Assembly: GCA_041476485.1 (NCBI GenBank)
Contig: JBGOTO010000003.1
Coordinates: forward strand, 1-47,577
Length of the DNA: 47,577 nt
Direction: 5' to 3'
Source: Nitrospirota bacterium
GTDB lineage: Bacteria > Nitrospirota > UBA9217
The first letter of the stretch is position 1; each line of letters opens with the position of its first letter. Below, piece after piece: positions 7,587 to 17,742 of the stretch. A model generated the notes under the pieces. That model had not been told where the DNA came from, searched no databases, and saw only the letters and a program-made list of their open reading frames with translations. The position numbers were made by a program, and so were the translations under genes.

Positions 7587-8396
7587 TTATTTTAATCCGA
7601 GAACGTCCTGCATATCATAGAGGCCGGGTTTTTTGCCGACGATCCATTTCGCGGCCCGCACTGCGCCCGCGGCAAAGGTGTCGCGGCTGGTGGCACGGTG
7701 AGTGAGTTCGATGCGCTCGCCTATTCCAGCGAACATCACGGTGTGATCGCCGACGATGTCGCCGCCACGAAGCGTCTGTATGCCGATCTCCTTCCTGGAC
7801 CGCTCGCCGACCATGCCCTTGCGGGCGTACACGCCGACTTCGTCCAGGTTCCGGTTCACCGCCTGCGCCAGCACCTGGGCCATCTTCATTGCCGTGCCCG
7901 AGGGCGCGTCCTTCTTCATGCGGTGGTGGGCCTCGATGATTTCCATATCATAGTCCTCGCCGATGGTCTTGGCGATCTCCGACAGGACCTTGAAGCAGAG
8001 GTTCACACCAATGCTCATGTTCGGCGAAAGCATGCAGGGAATCGCCTGGGTCAAGGTGTTTATCTCTTCGAGCTGGGCCTTCGAAAACCCCGTTGACCCG
8101 ACCACGATGGGCCGCTTGTGTTCGGCGCAGACGCGGATATGCTCAAGGCTCGCCTCGGGCAGGGTAAAGTCGATGAGCACGTCCGCCGCCTTCAGCGCGG
8201 CGCCGAGGTCGTCCGTGATGAGAGTCAGTACCCCGCCGGACGGAAGCCCCGCTGCGCTGGAAGCATCCTGGCCGATCAAGGCATGCCCCTTCCGTTCGAT
8301 TGCGGCCGATAGTCGGATGCCTTCCGCTGTCGAGAGAACGTTGATGATCCGGGAGCCCATTCTGCCCGCGGCGCCCACTACGACGGCTTTGATCAT
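7587..8396 (-). CDS. dapB: 4-hydroxy-tetrahydrodipicolinate reductase
   Basis: GAAGRMG, IDFT, EAHHRMKKDAPSGTA. Confidence 0.97.
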   Translation of the reverse strand: MIKAVVVGAAGRMGSRIINVLSTAEGIRLSAAIERKGHALIGQDASSAAGLPSGGVLTLITDDLGAALKAADVLIDFTLPEASLEHIRVCAEHKRPIVVGSTGFSKAQLEEINTLTQAIPCMLSPNMSIGVNLCFKVLSEIAKTIGEDYDMEIIEAHHRMKKDAPSGTAMKMAQVLAQAVNRNLDEVGVYARKGMVGERSRKEIGIQTLRGGDIVGDHTVMFAGIGERIELTHRATSRDTFAAGAVRAAKWIVGKKPGLYDMQDVLGLK

Positions 8397-8420
8397 AGTT
8401 CAGCTCCTTTAGAAACAATA

Positions 8421-8538
8421 TGCCACGAAGTCTCTAAGACACTAAGAACAACATAATTATTTTACTCTTTCTTCGTGCCTTCGCCTGCGCCCAGCGTTTA
8501 CGAGTGGCATCGCGAGTGCAGGGCGTGTCTTCGTGGCA
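8421..8538. repeat. Inverted 8-mer tandem-repeat element with an inserted hairpin
   Basis: TGCCACGAAG TCTCTAAG ACACTAAG ... CTTCGTGC CTTCG [insert] TGT CTTCGTGGCA. Confidence 0.65.
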
Positions 8539-8544
8539 AAAAAA

Positions 8545-9417
8545 TTAAATCAGCCCGTAGTCCTTCAGCGTCTTCTTCAACTTTTCCTTGTTCGCGTCCG
8601 CCAGGGGACACAGCGGCAAACGAAACTCCTCGGCTATCCTGCCCATGAGCGCCAGGGCGGTCTTCGCCGGGATCGGATTGGTCTCGATGAACATGGCGCC
8701 GTGGAGCGGTTCCAGCTTGTAGTGGAGCTTAAGCGCCTCCTCCATCCTGCCGGCGAAGAATGCATCGAACATCGCCGCGCAATCGGCGGGCGCCACGTTC
8801 GCCGTGACCGAAATGGCGCCGACGCCGCCGAGGGAAAGGACCGGAAGGGTGGTGAAATCGTCGCCCGAGATCACGTCGAAATCCCGGCCGCAGAGCCGGA
8901 GGATCTCGCTCACCTGCTTCAGGTCTCCGCTGGCTTCCTTGACGCCGACGATGTTTTTGACCTCGCGCAGCCGCGCAGCCGTCGACGGCAGCATGTTCAC
9001 GCCCGTCCGGCCCGGCACGTTATAGAGGACGACGGGGATGTCCACGGACTCGGCCACCAGCTTGAAGTGGCGGTAGAGGCCTTCCTGCGTGGGTTTGTTG
9101 TAATAGGGGGTGATGAGCAGCGCGCCGTCGGCGTCCGCCTTTTTCGCGTACTGGGTCAGCTCCAGCGTCTCGGAAGTCGAGTTCGAGCCCGAGCCCGCGA
9201 TCACCGGCACGCGCTTGTTTACTATTTTCACGGCGAGTTCCACGACCCGGCGATGCTCCTCGTGAGAGAGCGTGGCCGACTCGCCCGTGGTGCCGCAGGG
9301 CACGATGACGTCGGTGCCGTTTTTAATCTGAAATTCTATTAAATCGCCGAAGGCCTTTTCATCCACCTTCCCGTTCCTGAACGGCGTAACAATGGCGACC
9401 ATTGATCCCTTAAACAT
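8545..9417 (-). CDS. dapA: 4-hydroxy-tetrahydrodipicolinate synthase
   Basis: GTTGES, PYYNKPTQEG, YNVPGRT, VKEASG. Confidence 0.97.
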   Translation of the reverse strand: MFKGSMVAIVTPFRNGKVDEKAFGDLIEFQIKNGTDVIVPCGTTGESATLSHEEHRRVVELAVKIVNKRVPVIAGSGSNSTSETLELTQYAKKADADGALLITPYYNKPTQEGLYRHFKLVAESVDIPVVLYNVPGRTGVNMLPSTAARLREVKNIVGVKEASGDLKQVSEILRLCGRDFDVISGDDFTTLPVLSLGGVGAISVTANVAPADCAAMFDAFFAGRMEEALKLHYKLEPLHGAMFIETNPIPAKTALALMGRIAEEFRLPLCPLADANKEKLKKTLKDYGLI

Positions 9418-9445
9418 AGAGGCCTCCTTAAAACAAAATACGTCG

Positions 9446-9529
9446 TGTTTCGAGTCTCAAGTCTCTATTCTCAAGTTGTTAAACTAATAGAACCGAAAAC
9501 TTGAGACTTGAAACCTGTGACTTGAGACT
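9446..9529. repeat. Inverted degenerate 7-mer tandem repeats
   Basis: AGTCTCA AGTCTCT ATTCTCA AGT ... ACTTGAG ACTTGAA ACCTGTG ACTTGAG ACT. Confidence 0.7.
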
Positions 9530-10346
9530 AAATATACAACGTCCCTTCGCAGATCACCTGCGCCCCGCCTTCAAGGCGGATGTCGCCGAACCCTTCAGCC
9601 GTGCGCTCGTAGGAGACCTTCAGCTTTTCTCCGCCCCACGTTGCGACCTCAACCGGCGAGGAGACCGCTCCGATCGCGCCGGCAACAAGCGCGGCTGCTA
9701 CGGAGCCGGTGCCGCACGCGAGGGTCTCTCCCTCAACGCCGCGCTCGTAGGTCCTGACCCGGAGCTTGTGAGGGCCCTGGATCTGAATGAAGTCCACGTT
9801 CGTGCCGGCGGGCCGGAACAGTTCGTGATGCCGCGTGGTCCGTCCGACACGTTCCACGTCCTCGTTCTCGATGTCCTTCGAAAGATACACGAGGTGCGGC
9901 ACGCCGGTGTTGATGAAGTGGCCCATGCGCAATCCGCTCTCGAGCGAAATGGCGATGTTCATACGCAACCCGGAGGCGCCGGGGAGCTGCACGTTTACTC
10001 GGTCGTTCTTCACCTGCGCGGAAATGGTGCCTGCCAGCGTCTCGAAGGACACATTCTTCCCGGAGATCTTCCTGAGTTGGGCGAACCGCGCTGCGCAGCG
10101 CGAGCCGTTGCCGCACATTTCGGCCTCGCTCCCGTCGGCGTTGAAGAACCGCCATTTGAAGTCGGCCCTCCGCGACGGCACGATCACGATCAGTCCGTCA
10201 GCGCCGACCGAATAATGCCGGTCGCAGACGGTGATTGCAAGGTCCTTCAGGTTTTTCCCTTTCAGGACGCCCCTGCGGTTGTCGATCAGGATGAAGTCGT
10301 TCCCGCTCCCCTGCATTTTAGAAAAAGGTATTTTCTTCATGGCCAT
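9528..10346 (-). CDS. dapF: Diaminopimelate epimerase
   Basis: KMQGSGNDF, NADGSEAEMCGNG, TGVPH, ERGVEGETLACGTG; start at 10346 or 10340. Confidence 0.96.
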   Translation of the reverse strand: MAMKKIPFSKMQGSGNDFILIDNRRGVLKGKNLKDLAITVCDRHYSVGADGLIVIVPSRRADFKWRFFNADGSEAEMCGNGSRCAARFAQLRKISGKNVSFETLAGTISAQVKNDRVNVQLPGASGLRMNIAISLESGLRMGHFINTGVPHLVYLSKDIENEDVERVGRTTRHHELFRPAGTNVDFIQIQGPHKLRVRTYERGVEGETLACGTGSVAAALVAGAIGAVSSPVEVATWGGEKLKVSYERTAEGFGDIRLEGGAQVICEGTLYI

Positions 10347-10366
10347 TCCGCAATCCGCATTTTTCA

Positions 10367-11629
10367 CTACCCTTCCAGCCACCGCGGCACCTTCTCGCCT
10401 TTGATGAGGTCGTTGTAGGTCTCGCGTTCGCGGATAATGTGGTACTCTTTCCCCTTGACCATCACCTCCGCCGCGCGCGGCCGGGAATTATAGTTCGACG
10501 CCATCGAGAAGCCGTAGGCCCCCGCGCCCATGACCGCAAGGAGCTCGCCCTGCTTCACTTCGGGCATCGTCCGGTCTTTGGCCAGAAAATCCCCGGACTC
10601 GCAGATGGGGCCGACCACGTCGAACAGGTCCTTTCCGTCCGCGGCGGGTTCGATCACCGGCCGGATGTCATGATAGGCTTCGTACAGGCTCGGCCTGATC
10701 AAATCGTTCATCCCCGCGTCCACAATGAGGAAGTGTTTGTCCCCGCTGTCCTTGTGGTAGAGGGCGCTCGTGACAAGAATGCCGGCGTTCCCCACGAGCG
10801 CCCTCCCCGGCTCCATGATGATGGTGCATCCGCAGTTCTTGAGCAGCGGCCGGATCGCCTGCGCCATTTCAGCCGGCAGGGGCGGGGTCTCGTCCTTGTA
10901 GGTGATGCCCAGTCCGCCGCCGATATTGACGTACTTGATGTCCATGCCCGCGGAGCGCAGCTCGCCAACGAACCCGACGAGCTTTTCGAGGGCGTCCACG
11001 AACGGCTGGACCTCGGTAATCTGGGAGCCGATGTGCTGGTGCACGCCGACGATCTCCACGTGCGGGAGGCCCTTCGCGGTCTGGTAATATTCGAGCGCCT
11101 CATCGATGGGAATGCCGAACTTGTTCTCCTTGAGCCCCGTGGAAATGTATGCATGGGTCTTGGGATCGATGTCCGGGTTCACCCGGAGGCCGATCCTCGC
11201 CTTTGCGCGCATGTCCTTTGCTGCCCGGTCTACCGCGAGAAGCTCCTCGCCGGACTCGACGTTGAACATGAGGATGCCGACCTTCAGGGCGTACTCGATC
11301 TCGTCCCGGCGTTTGCCCACGCCGGCATAGACGATCTTCTTCGGGTCGATGCCCGCGCGGAGGGCCCGGAACAGTTCGCCGCCTGACACGATGTCCGCCC
11401 CGGCCCCCGCCCTTCCGAGCAGACGGAGCACGGCGCTGTTCGTGTTGGACTTGAGGGCAAAACAGATGAGGTGAGGGACGCCCGCAAAGGCGCTGTCAAA
11501 GGCGCGAAAGTGGTTCGCGAGCGTATGGCTGCTGTACAGGTAGAACGGCGTGCCGACCCGCTGGGCCACGGTCTTGACCGGGACCCCTTCGCAATAGAGT
11601 TCTCCGTTTTTATACTGAAAATCGTGCAT
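10367..11629 (-). CDS. lysA: Diaminopimelate decarboxylase
   Basis: FALKSN, HIGSQI, IGGGLG, EPGR, GPICESGD, GAYG...YNSRP. Confidence 0.97.
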   Translation of the reverse strand: MHDFQYKNGELYCEGVPVKTVAQRVGTPFYLYSSHTLANHFRAFDSAFAGVPHLICFALKSNTNSAVLRLLGRAGAGADIVSGGELFRALRAGIDPKKIVYAGVGKRRDEIEYALKVGILMFNVESGEELLAVDRAAKDMRAKARIGLRVNPDIDPKTHAYISTGLKENKFGIPIDEALEYYQTAKGLPHVEIVGVHQHIGSQITEVQPFVDALEKLVGFVGELRSAGMDIKYVNIGGGLGITYKDETPPLPAEMAQAIRPLLKNCGCTIIMEPGRALVGNAGILVTSALYHKDSGDKHFLIVDAGMNDLIRPSLYEAYHDIRPVIEPAADGKDLFDVVGPICESGDFLAKDRTMPEVKQGELLAVMGAGAYGFSMASNYNSRPRAAEVMVKGKEYHIIRERETYNDLIKGEKVPRWLEG

Positions 11630-11710
11630 CGTAGTATGTCCCGGTTAACATTGAAAAAAGAAAAATCCAAAATAGCGGCTGTTGCCGCGGCTTTTTTTCA
11701 TTTTGCTTTT

Positions 11711-11868
11711 GTAACTACTCAGGTTTGCTGCGGAGCGCAGGCGCAATGAAGCGCGCGGCGACCGATACACGGACATCAAGCAAGGCGGGGGCTTGTGGTC
11801 GACTTCGAAATTCCCTTCATTATCCGGCGCGCCTTGCGCAAAGCGAAGCAGCTGACCTGAGTAATCAC
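11711..11868. mobile_element. MITE-like element, family B copy 1 (158 bp)
   Basis: Termini GTAACTACTCAGG / CCTGAGTAATCAC; complementary GC-rich arms; flanks TTGCTTTT and TTGTTTTT resemble an 8-bp target duplication; arms shared with 27595-27780. Confidence 0.7.
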
Positions 11869-11893
11869 TTGTTTTTTCTGTTTTGAATTTTGA

Positions 11894-12961
11894 TCATCTC
11901 AGTTTCTCAATGAACGCTTTCTTTTCCACTGATCTTGGGCTCTCATTCCCCGACACATCAACCGCCGTAATGAGGTAGTAATACATGGCGCCGGCCTTCA
12001 CGGTCTCGTCCGAGAAGGTCGTGCGGCCCAGGGGCTTGTCGGTCAACCGCTCATAGTCCTTGCCGCTCTTCTTCGACCGGTATACGTGATACCCGGCGAG
12101 GTCCCGCTCCTTGTTCTCATTCCAGGTAAGGAATGCCCGGCCGATGCCCGGCACGACCGTAAGCCCCGTCGGCCTGTTCGGCGGCGTCATGTCCCGCGGC
12201 GTGGCCGACACCTCGGCGGAATCAAGGCTTTCTCTCCAGGGAAGCGCGGGACTGTCGACGGACCGTACCATATAAAAATACGTCCTGTCGTTTGCGGCCG
12301 CGGTGTCCTTGTACGAAGTCGTTCTCACCGGCTCCTTGTTCAGCGGCGTCTCTTCGTACCGGCCTTTCTCCGCGCCGCGGTACACATTATATCCGACGAA
12401 CCCGTCGTACTTGCTCCCGTCCATCCGTGTGGTCACCGGCTCCCAGGAGAGCTGGTTATTGCCGTCTCCGCCCTGTGCAACGAGGCCCTTGGGGACCGCG
12501 AGCGACAAGAGCGGCGCAACCCACGCTTCATCAGACGGCGTGCTCACCCCGCCCCGTGCGCTTACTGCCCTGATCCGGTACCCGTACACCTGTCCGTATT
12601 TCAGGTTGCGGTCGGTCCAGAAGACCATGCCGTTCCTCACCGACGCCGGCGCGGGATTCGCCATGTCGATTTCGACAAAGAGCTTGTACCGGGGCCTCTT
12701 CCGGTCGTGCCCGATCTCGGCACGGTAGACGCGGAACCGCCGGACATCGGCCTGGACCATATTCTTGCCTTCGATGTTCCGCGTCGGTATGGGCCAGGAG
12801 AAGAATGCGTTGGTATCTCTGGTCACGGCCTTGATGTCCTTTACCGCTTCAGGCCTCGGGCTCTCCGGAACAAGCGGCGGCGACTTCCTTCCGCAGGCGG
12901 TCCCGGCCGAAAGCGCGAGCGCCAAACAGACCGCGATCAGCCATAGTGGACGAATATTCAT
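11894..12961 (-). CDS. Lipoprotein with fibronectin type III repeats
   Basis: Lipobox GTAC followed by GRKSPP; repeated Fn3 signatures (LSW, GYNVYR, YxD, YxYxVxAVD); ATGA overlap with the argH stop. Confidence 0.85.
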   Translation of the reverse strand: MNIRPLWLIAVCLALALSAGTACGRKSPPLVPESPRPEAVKDIKAVTRDTNAFFSWPIPTRNIEGKNMVQADVRRFRVYRAEIGHDRKRPRYKLFVEIDMANPAPASVRNGMVFWTDRNLKYGQVYGYRIRAVSARGGVSTPSDEAWVAPLLSLAVPKGLVAQGGDGNNQLSWEPVTTRMDGSKYDGFVGYNVYRGAEKGRYEETPLNKEPVRTTSYKDTAAANDRTYFYMVRSVDSPALPWRESLDSAEVSATPRDMTPPNRPTGLTVVPGIGRAFLTWNENKERDLAGYHVYRSKKSGKDYERLTDKPLGRTTFSDETVKAGAMYYYLITAVDVSGNESPRSVEKKAFIEKLR

Positions 12962-14379
12962 CGCATCTTTTTCTTGAGCGTCCGGAGGCGCTTCTTCAGA
13001 TTCGACGGGGCCGTGCCTCCGTATGACGTGCGCCTTCCGACGGACGCTTCCACGGACAGCGCATCGTACACGTCTTCTCCGATCAGCGATGAGAGTTTTT
13101 TGTATTCCCCGACCGGCATGTTCACGAGGCCGCACTCCAGTTCGAGGGCGCGCAGGACCGCCTTGCCCACCACTTCGTGCGCCCGGCGAAACGGCATCCC
13201 TTTTCTCACCAGGTAGTCGGCAAGGTCCGTGGCCGTGATGAACCCGTCCTCCGCCGCCCTGCGCATCACGTCCTTGTGGAGCGTGATGCCTTTGAGCATT
13301 TCGGTGAATACCGAGAGTGAGCGCGTGACCGTGTCCGCGGCGTTGAAGATGGGCTCCTTGTCTTCCTGCATGTCCCGGTTGTAGGCGAGCGGCAGTCCTT
13401 TCATGATCGTCAGGAGCGCCATAAGGCTCCCATACACCCTCCCCGTCTTGCCGCGGGCCAACTCGGCCACGTCGGGGTTTTTCTTCTGCGGCATGATGGA
13501 AGACCCGGTGGTGAAAGCATCGGCGATCGTTATAAATCCGAACTCCGACGACGACCACAGGACGAGTTCCTCGGACAGACGCGAGAGGTGCATCATAATC
13601 TGGGCGCAGGCCGCAGTGAATTCAATGGCGAAATCGCGGTCCGAGACGGCGTCTATGCTGTTTTCGGCCACGCTTGCGAACCCGAGCTGTTTGGCAACGA
13701 AACCCCGGTCGATGGGAAGCACCGTTCCCGCGAGCGCGCCAGCTCCGAGCGGCATAACGTTCACCCGGCGAAAACAGTCCTCGAGGCGGCCGCGGTCCCG
13801 GTCGAACATCTCGAAATACGCGAGCAGGTAGTGGCCGAAGAGCACGGGCTGTGCCCGCTGGAGGTGGGTGTACCCCGGCAGGACCACATCGCTGTACTGG
13901 TCCGCGATGGCCACGATGACCTTTTGAAGGGAACCGAGGAGTTCGTGGATCTGGGCGATCTCGTCCCGCAGATACATGCGGAGATCGAGCGCCACCTGGT
14001 CGTTCCTGCTCCGCGCCGTGTGGAGCTTGCCGCCCACCGGACCGATCTTGTGGATCAGCCGGTCCTCGATGTTCATGTGAATGTCTTCGAGCTCCACGCT
14101 GAATTTGAATGAGCCGGAAGCGATCTCCTTCAGGATCTCTTCCAGCCCGCGGACGATCCGGTCGGCTTCTTTCTTGGCGATAATGCCGGTTTTGCCGAGC
14201 ATATTCGCATGGGCTATACTGCCGGCGATGTCATAGGGATAGAGCCGCCAGTCATAGGAGATCGAAGCGGTGAACTCTTCCACGAGCTCGTTCGTGGCCT
14301 CGGTGAAACGGCCGGACCAGGGCTTGCGTCCCACGGGCTTTTTAGGGCCCATCTTTTTTTTCACGGTCTTACGCATCAT
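12958..14379 (-). CDS. argH: Argininosuccinate lyase
   Basis: [38 protein letters not shown]. Confidence 0.97.
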   Translation of the reverse strand: MMRKTVKKKMGPKKPVGRKPWSGRFTEATNELVEEFTASISYDWRLYPYDIAGSIAHANMLGKTGIIAKKEADRIVRGLEEILKEIASGSFKFSVELEDIHMNIEDRLIHKIGPVGGKLHTARSRNDQVALDLRMYLRDEIAQIHELLGSLQKVIVAIADQYSDVVLPGYTHLQRAQPVLFGHYLLAYFEMFDRDRGRLEDCFRRVNVMPLGAGALAGTVLPIDRGFVAKQLGFASVAENSIDAVSDRDFAIEFTAACAQIMMHLSRLSEELVLWSSSEFGFITIADAFTTGSSIMPQKKNPDVAELARGKTGRVYGSLMALLTIMKGLPLAYNRDMQEDKEPIFNAADTVTRSLSVFTEMLKGITLHKDVMRRAAEDGFITATDLADYLVRKGMPFRRAHEVVGKAVLRALELECGLVNMPVGEYKKLSSLIGEDVYDALSVEASVGRRTSYGGTAPSNLKKRLRTLKKKMR

Positions 14380-14425
14380 GCTTATGCTTTCCGTTTCCCT
14401 TCCTGACCTTCTTACCCCTGCCTTC

Positions 14426-15631
14426 TCACCTTCCCGCTTTTCGCCCCGCTCTCAGTCTCAGCGCGTTCAGCCGGATGAAGCCCTCGGCGTCTTTCTGGTC
14501 ATAAACCGTCTCGGCTTCGAACGTAGCGAGCTGGGCATTATAGAGCGAAACGGGAGATTTCCTTCCCACCGTATCGCAGTTTCCTTTATAGAGCTTGAGC
14601 CTCGCGGTGCCGGTCACGTTTTTCTGGGACTCGTCGATGGCCGCCTGGAGCATGGCCCTCTCGGGAGAGAACCAGTACCCGTAATAGACCATCTCGGCAT
14701 AGCGCGGGACCAGGCCGTCCCGCAGGTGCATGACCTCGCGGTCCATGGTGATGGACTCCACGGCCCGGTGCGCGGCGTGCAGCAGCGCGCCGCCCGGCGT
14801 CTCGTAGACGCCGCGGGACTTCATGCCCACGTAGCGGTTTTCCACAAGGTCAACGCGGCCCACTCCGTGGGCTCCGGCTATGCGGTTCGCTTCGGCAAGG
14901 AGCGCCGCCGGGGACATCTTCTTCCCGTTTACGGCAACGGGATTTCCGGCCGCATACTCCACTTCCACATACTCGGGACTGTCCGGCGCTTTTTCAATCG
15001 GCACGGCCATCGTGTACATGTCGCCCGTTGATTCCCTCCACGGGTCTTCGAGGATCCCGCCTTCGTAGCTGATATGCAGCAGGTTCCGGTCCGTTGAAAA
15101 AGGCTTGGACTTGGTTGCCGTCACCGGAATCTTGTGCTTCTCGGCATAGGCGATGAGCTCTTCTCTTCCTTTCATGCTCCACTCGCGCCAGGGCGCGACG
15201 ATCTTTACCTCGGGCTTGAACGCGTAGTACGTAAGTTCAAACCGGACCTGATCGTTGCCTTTGCCCGTGGCGCCGTGGCAGACCGCGTCGGCGCCTTCCT
15301 TTTCAGCGATCTCGATCTGTCGTTTGGCGATGAGCGGCCGGGCGATCGAGGTGCCCAGAAGATAGCGGCCTTCGTACACGGCGTTGGCCCGCAGCATCGG
15401 GAACACGAAGTCCTTGACGAACTCTTCGCGCAGATCGTCGATGTAGATCTTGCTCGCGCCCGTCTTGAGCGCCTTTTCGCGAAGCGGCTCGAGCTCCTCG
15501 CCCTGGCCGATGTCCGCCGTAAACGCAATTACTTCACAGCCGTACTCTTCCTTGAGCCACTGGATAATGACCGACGTGTCCAGCCCGCCGGAATAGGCAA
15601 CGACGATTTTCTTGATCTTCTGCTTCAACAA
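14426..15631 (-). CDS. argG: Argininosuccinate synthase
   Basis: [33 protein letters not shown]. Confidence 0.97.
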   Translation of the reverse strand: MLKQKIKKIVVAYSGGLDTSVIIQWLKEEYGCEVIAFTADIGQGEELEPLREKALKTGASKIYIDDLREEFVKDFVFPMLRANAVYEGRYLLGTSIARPLIAKRQIEIAEKEGADAVCHGATGKGNDQVRFELTYYAFKPEVKIVAPWREWSMKGREELIAYAEKHKIPVTATKSKPFSTDRNLLHISYEGGILEDPWRESTGDMYTMAVPIEKAPDSPEYVEVEYAAGNPVAVNGKKMSPAALLAEANRIAGAHGVGRVDLVENRYVGMKSRGVYETPGGALLHAAHRAVESITMDREVMHLRDGLVPRYAEMVYYGYWFSPERAMLQAAIDESQKNVTGTARLKLYKGNCDTVGRKSPVSLYNAQLATFEAETVYDQKDAEGFIRLNALRLRAGRKAGR

Positions 15632-15656
15632 AACACCTCAATAAAAACAGCTATCA

Positions 15657-15713
15657 GCCACAAAGTCGCAAAGACACGAAGTAATTCTTTTTAAAGCTTA
15701 GTGACTTCGTGGC
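15657..15713. repeat. Inverted 8-mer tandem-repeat element
   Basis: GCCACAAA GTCGCAAA GACACGAAG ... CTTAGTGA CTTCGTGGC; same family as 8421-8538. Confidence 0.65.
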
Positions 15714-15733
15714 ATGCTCTGGGTTTTCCGGGG

Positions 15734-16435
15734 CTATTTTCCTTCGACGATCTTCACCTTCATCTCGATGCGTTCGTCCGGGTTGTCGCTCGCGTCCCGG
15801 GGCTGGGACACGATCTTGTCCACCGCCTCCATGCCGCTCTCCACCTCGCCGAACACGGTGTATTGCCGGTCAAGGGATGGAGCGTCCTTCACGCAGATGA
15901 AGAACTGCGAGCCTGCGCTGTCGGGGTTCGCGGACCGCGCCATCGAGAGCGTGCCGCGCTTGTGCGGACGCTCGTTGAACTCGGCCTTGATGGTGTACCC
16001 CGGCCCGCCGGTGCCGTGCGCGCGCTTGTCCGGGTTCTTTGAGTTCGGGTCCCCTCCCTGGATCATAAATCCGGGAATTACGCGGTGAAAGGTCGTCCCG
16101 TCGTAGAAGCCTTTCTTTGCCAAGTCGATAAAGTTCTTTACGTGCCCGGGGGCTGTATCAGGAAAGAACTTCAGGGTAATGTTGCCGAATTTCGTCTCGA
16201 TGATCGCTTTTGTCGTTGGCATTTTTTTCTTCTCCTGTTTCGTCGATTTTGCCGTCGCCGGCTTCTTTATCATGGATTTCTCAGGTTTTGCGGGCGCCGA
16301 AGTCGTGGCCGCGGCCGTCGGCGTTACGGAGGACTCGACAACCGGCTTCGGGGCCTCCTGCTTCTTCTCGCAACCGAACAAAACCATGCCGGCCGATATT
16401 GCTAAAGCCGTTATAAAAACACCGTATTTTTTCAC
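15734..16435 (-). CDS. Cyclophilin-type peptidyl-prolyl isomerase with an N-terminal lipoprotein signal
   Basis: FYDGTTFHRVIPGFMIQGGD, SMARS...SAGSQFFI, YTVFG; lipobox LFGC. Confidence 0.93.
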   Translation of the reverse strand: MKKYGVFITALAISAGMVLFGCEKKQEAPKPVVESSVTPTAAATTSAPAKPEKSMIKKPATAKSTKQEKKKMPTTKAIIETKFGNITLKFFPDTAPGHVKNFIDLAKKGFYDGTTFHRVIPGFMIQGGDPNSKNPDKRAHGTGGPGYTIKAEFNERPHKRGTLSMARSANPDSAGSQFFICVKDAPSLDRQYTVFGEVESGMEAVDKIVSQPRDASDNPDERIEMKVKIVEGK

Positions 16436-16713
16436 GATCGTTCACCTCTCCTTGAGTTAAATAAAGAATATCGCGGTGCGAAATCCGTGCTCGCGCTGCA
16501 AAGAGCCAACGATATACAGTTTTACCAGAAACCCGGTGGGATGTCAAACAAAACCAGAGGTTTGCGTCTCCAAGCCCCGGTAAATCAGAAGGGAAAAACA
16601 TCTCCCGGTCCTTCGCGGCGGCCCGTGCGCGGTCAGGGAAACAGGTTGACTCCGATTGACGGCAGCGGTGCATTATTGCTATACTTAAAACATGGGGCGA
16701 CGAGAGGGCGTGT

Positions 16714-17106
16714 ATGGCGGGTAACATGAGCGAGAGAAGAGAGTTTATCCGGGTGCCCTTCAATACCGAGGTAGAGATCCAGGCGGAAGGCCTGACCGTC
16801 AGGTCCGGGGCCGGGATCGATATCTGCATGACCGGGCTCCGCCTGACGGTTGAAGACGCCGTCCCTCCCGCAGGCACGACCTGCGGCGTAAAGATAACCC
16901 TCGCGGCGTCCGAGCCGCGCGTGGTCATTGAAGCGCGGGGAACAGTCGTCCGGTCCGATCCGGGGAGCCTGTCAGTCACCTTCTTGGAGCTCGATCTCGA
17001 CAGTTACCACCACCTCCGCCAGCTTATCCTGAACAATACCGACGACCCCAAGCGGGCGGAACAGGAGTTTTTTTCCCACTGGGGAATCCGGCGGCCCCGC
17101 ACATGA
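16714..17106 (+). CDS. PilZ domain protein
   Basis: ERREFIR (RxxxR) and DICMTG (D/NxSxxG-like) motifs. Confidence 0.85.
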   Translation: MAGNMSERREFIRVPFNTEVEIQAEGLTVRSGAGIDICMTGLRLTVEDAVPPAGTTCGVKITLAASEPRVVIEARGTVVRSDPGSLSVTFLELDLDSYHHLRQLILNNTDDPKRAEQEFFSHWGIRRPRT

Positions 17107-17222
17107 CCCGTCCCTTCTCAACAGCGTGCATTCGGCTCTTCCCATTTTGAACATTTTCTGATAAAATCTTCGACACAGGGTCCGAAACCGGCAAGGCTTC
17201 CCGGAAGGAAAGGAGAATCTCG

Positions 17223-17648
17223 ATGGTGCAAAAGGCAAGCGGCAAGTTGATCGAATTGATGAACAGGGGGATCGCGCGCGAGATCCAGGTGAGCGTGCAG
17301 TATATGTGGCAGCATGTGATGGCAAAGGGGCTTGAATCGGCGGAAATCGCCGATGTTTTGAAGGGCATCGCCGTCGAGGAAATGAAGCACGCCGAAAAGA
17401 TCGCCGAGCGCCTCTTCTATTTTGACGGTATTCCAACAACGAAACCCGCCCCCATCGCGATAGTAAGTTCGCTCAAAGAGATGCTCGAGGCCGACGCAAA
17501 AGCCGAGGAAGAGGCCATCGAGCTTTACAAGGAGACCATCAAGCAGGCCACTGCTGAAGGCGACTCCACGACTCGGCTGCTTTTCGAGGAAATCCTCGCC
17601 TCAGAGGAAGATCATCACAATACGTTCACGACCCTTCTCGGGAAATAA
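17223..17648 (+). CDS. Bacterioferritin / ferritin-like di-iron protein
   Basis: E..QY, EEMKHA, EEEAI, EEDH ferroxidase-type motifs; AAGGAG RBS. Confidence 0.88.
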   Translation: MVQKASGKLIELMNRGIAREIQVSVQYMWQHVMAKGLESAEIADVLKGIAVEEMKHAEKIAERLFYFDGIPTTKPAPIAIVSSLKEMLEADAKAEEEAIELYKETIKQATAEGDSTTRLLFEEILASEEDHHNTFTTLLGK

Positions 17649-17742
17649 TCTTCCCGGCCCGATTGCATGCAGTGCTCCTGGTTCGCGGCTCTTTAGGAAA
17701 AGCTGTCGGCTGCGGGCCACGAGCTACAAGCTGAATCATTCT

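Noticed and set aside
17176-17215. Moco/Wco riboswitch-like sequence before the bacterioferritin gene
   Set aside because: Only the 3' part (AGGG..GAAAC..CCCG..GGAAAGGAG) resembles it; the 5' pairing strand and conserved core are absent and the gene context does not fit
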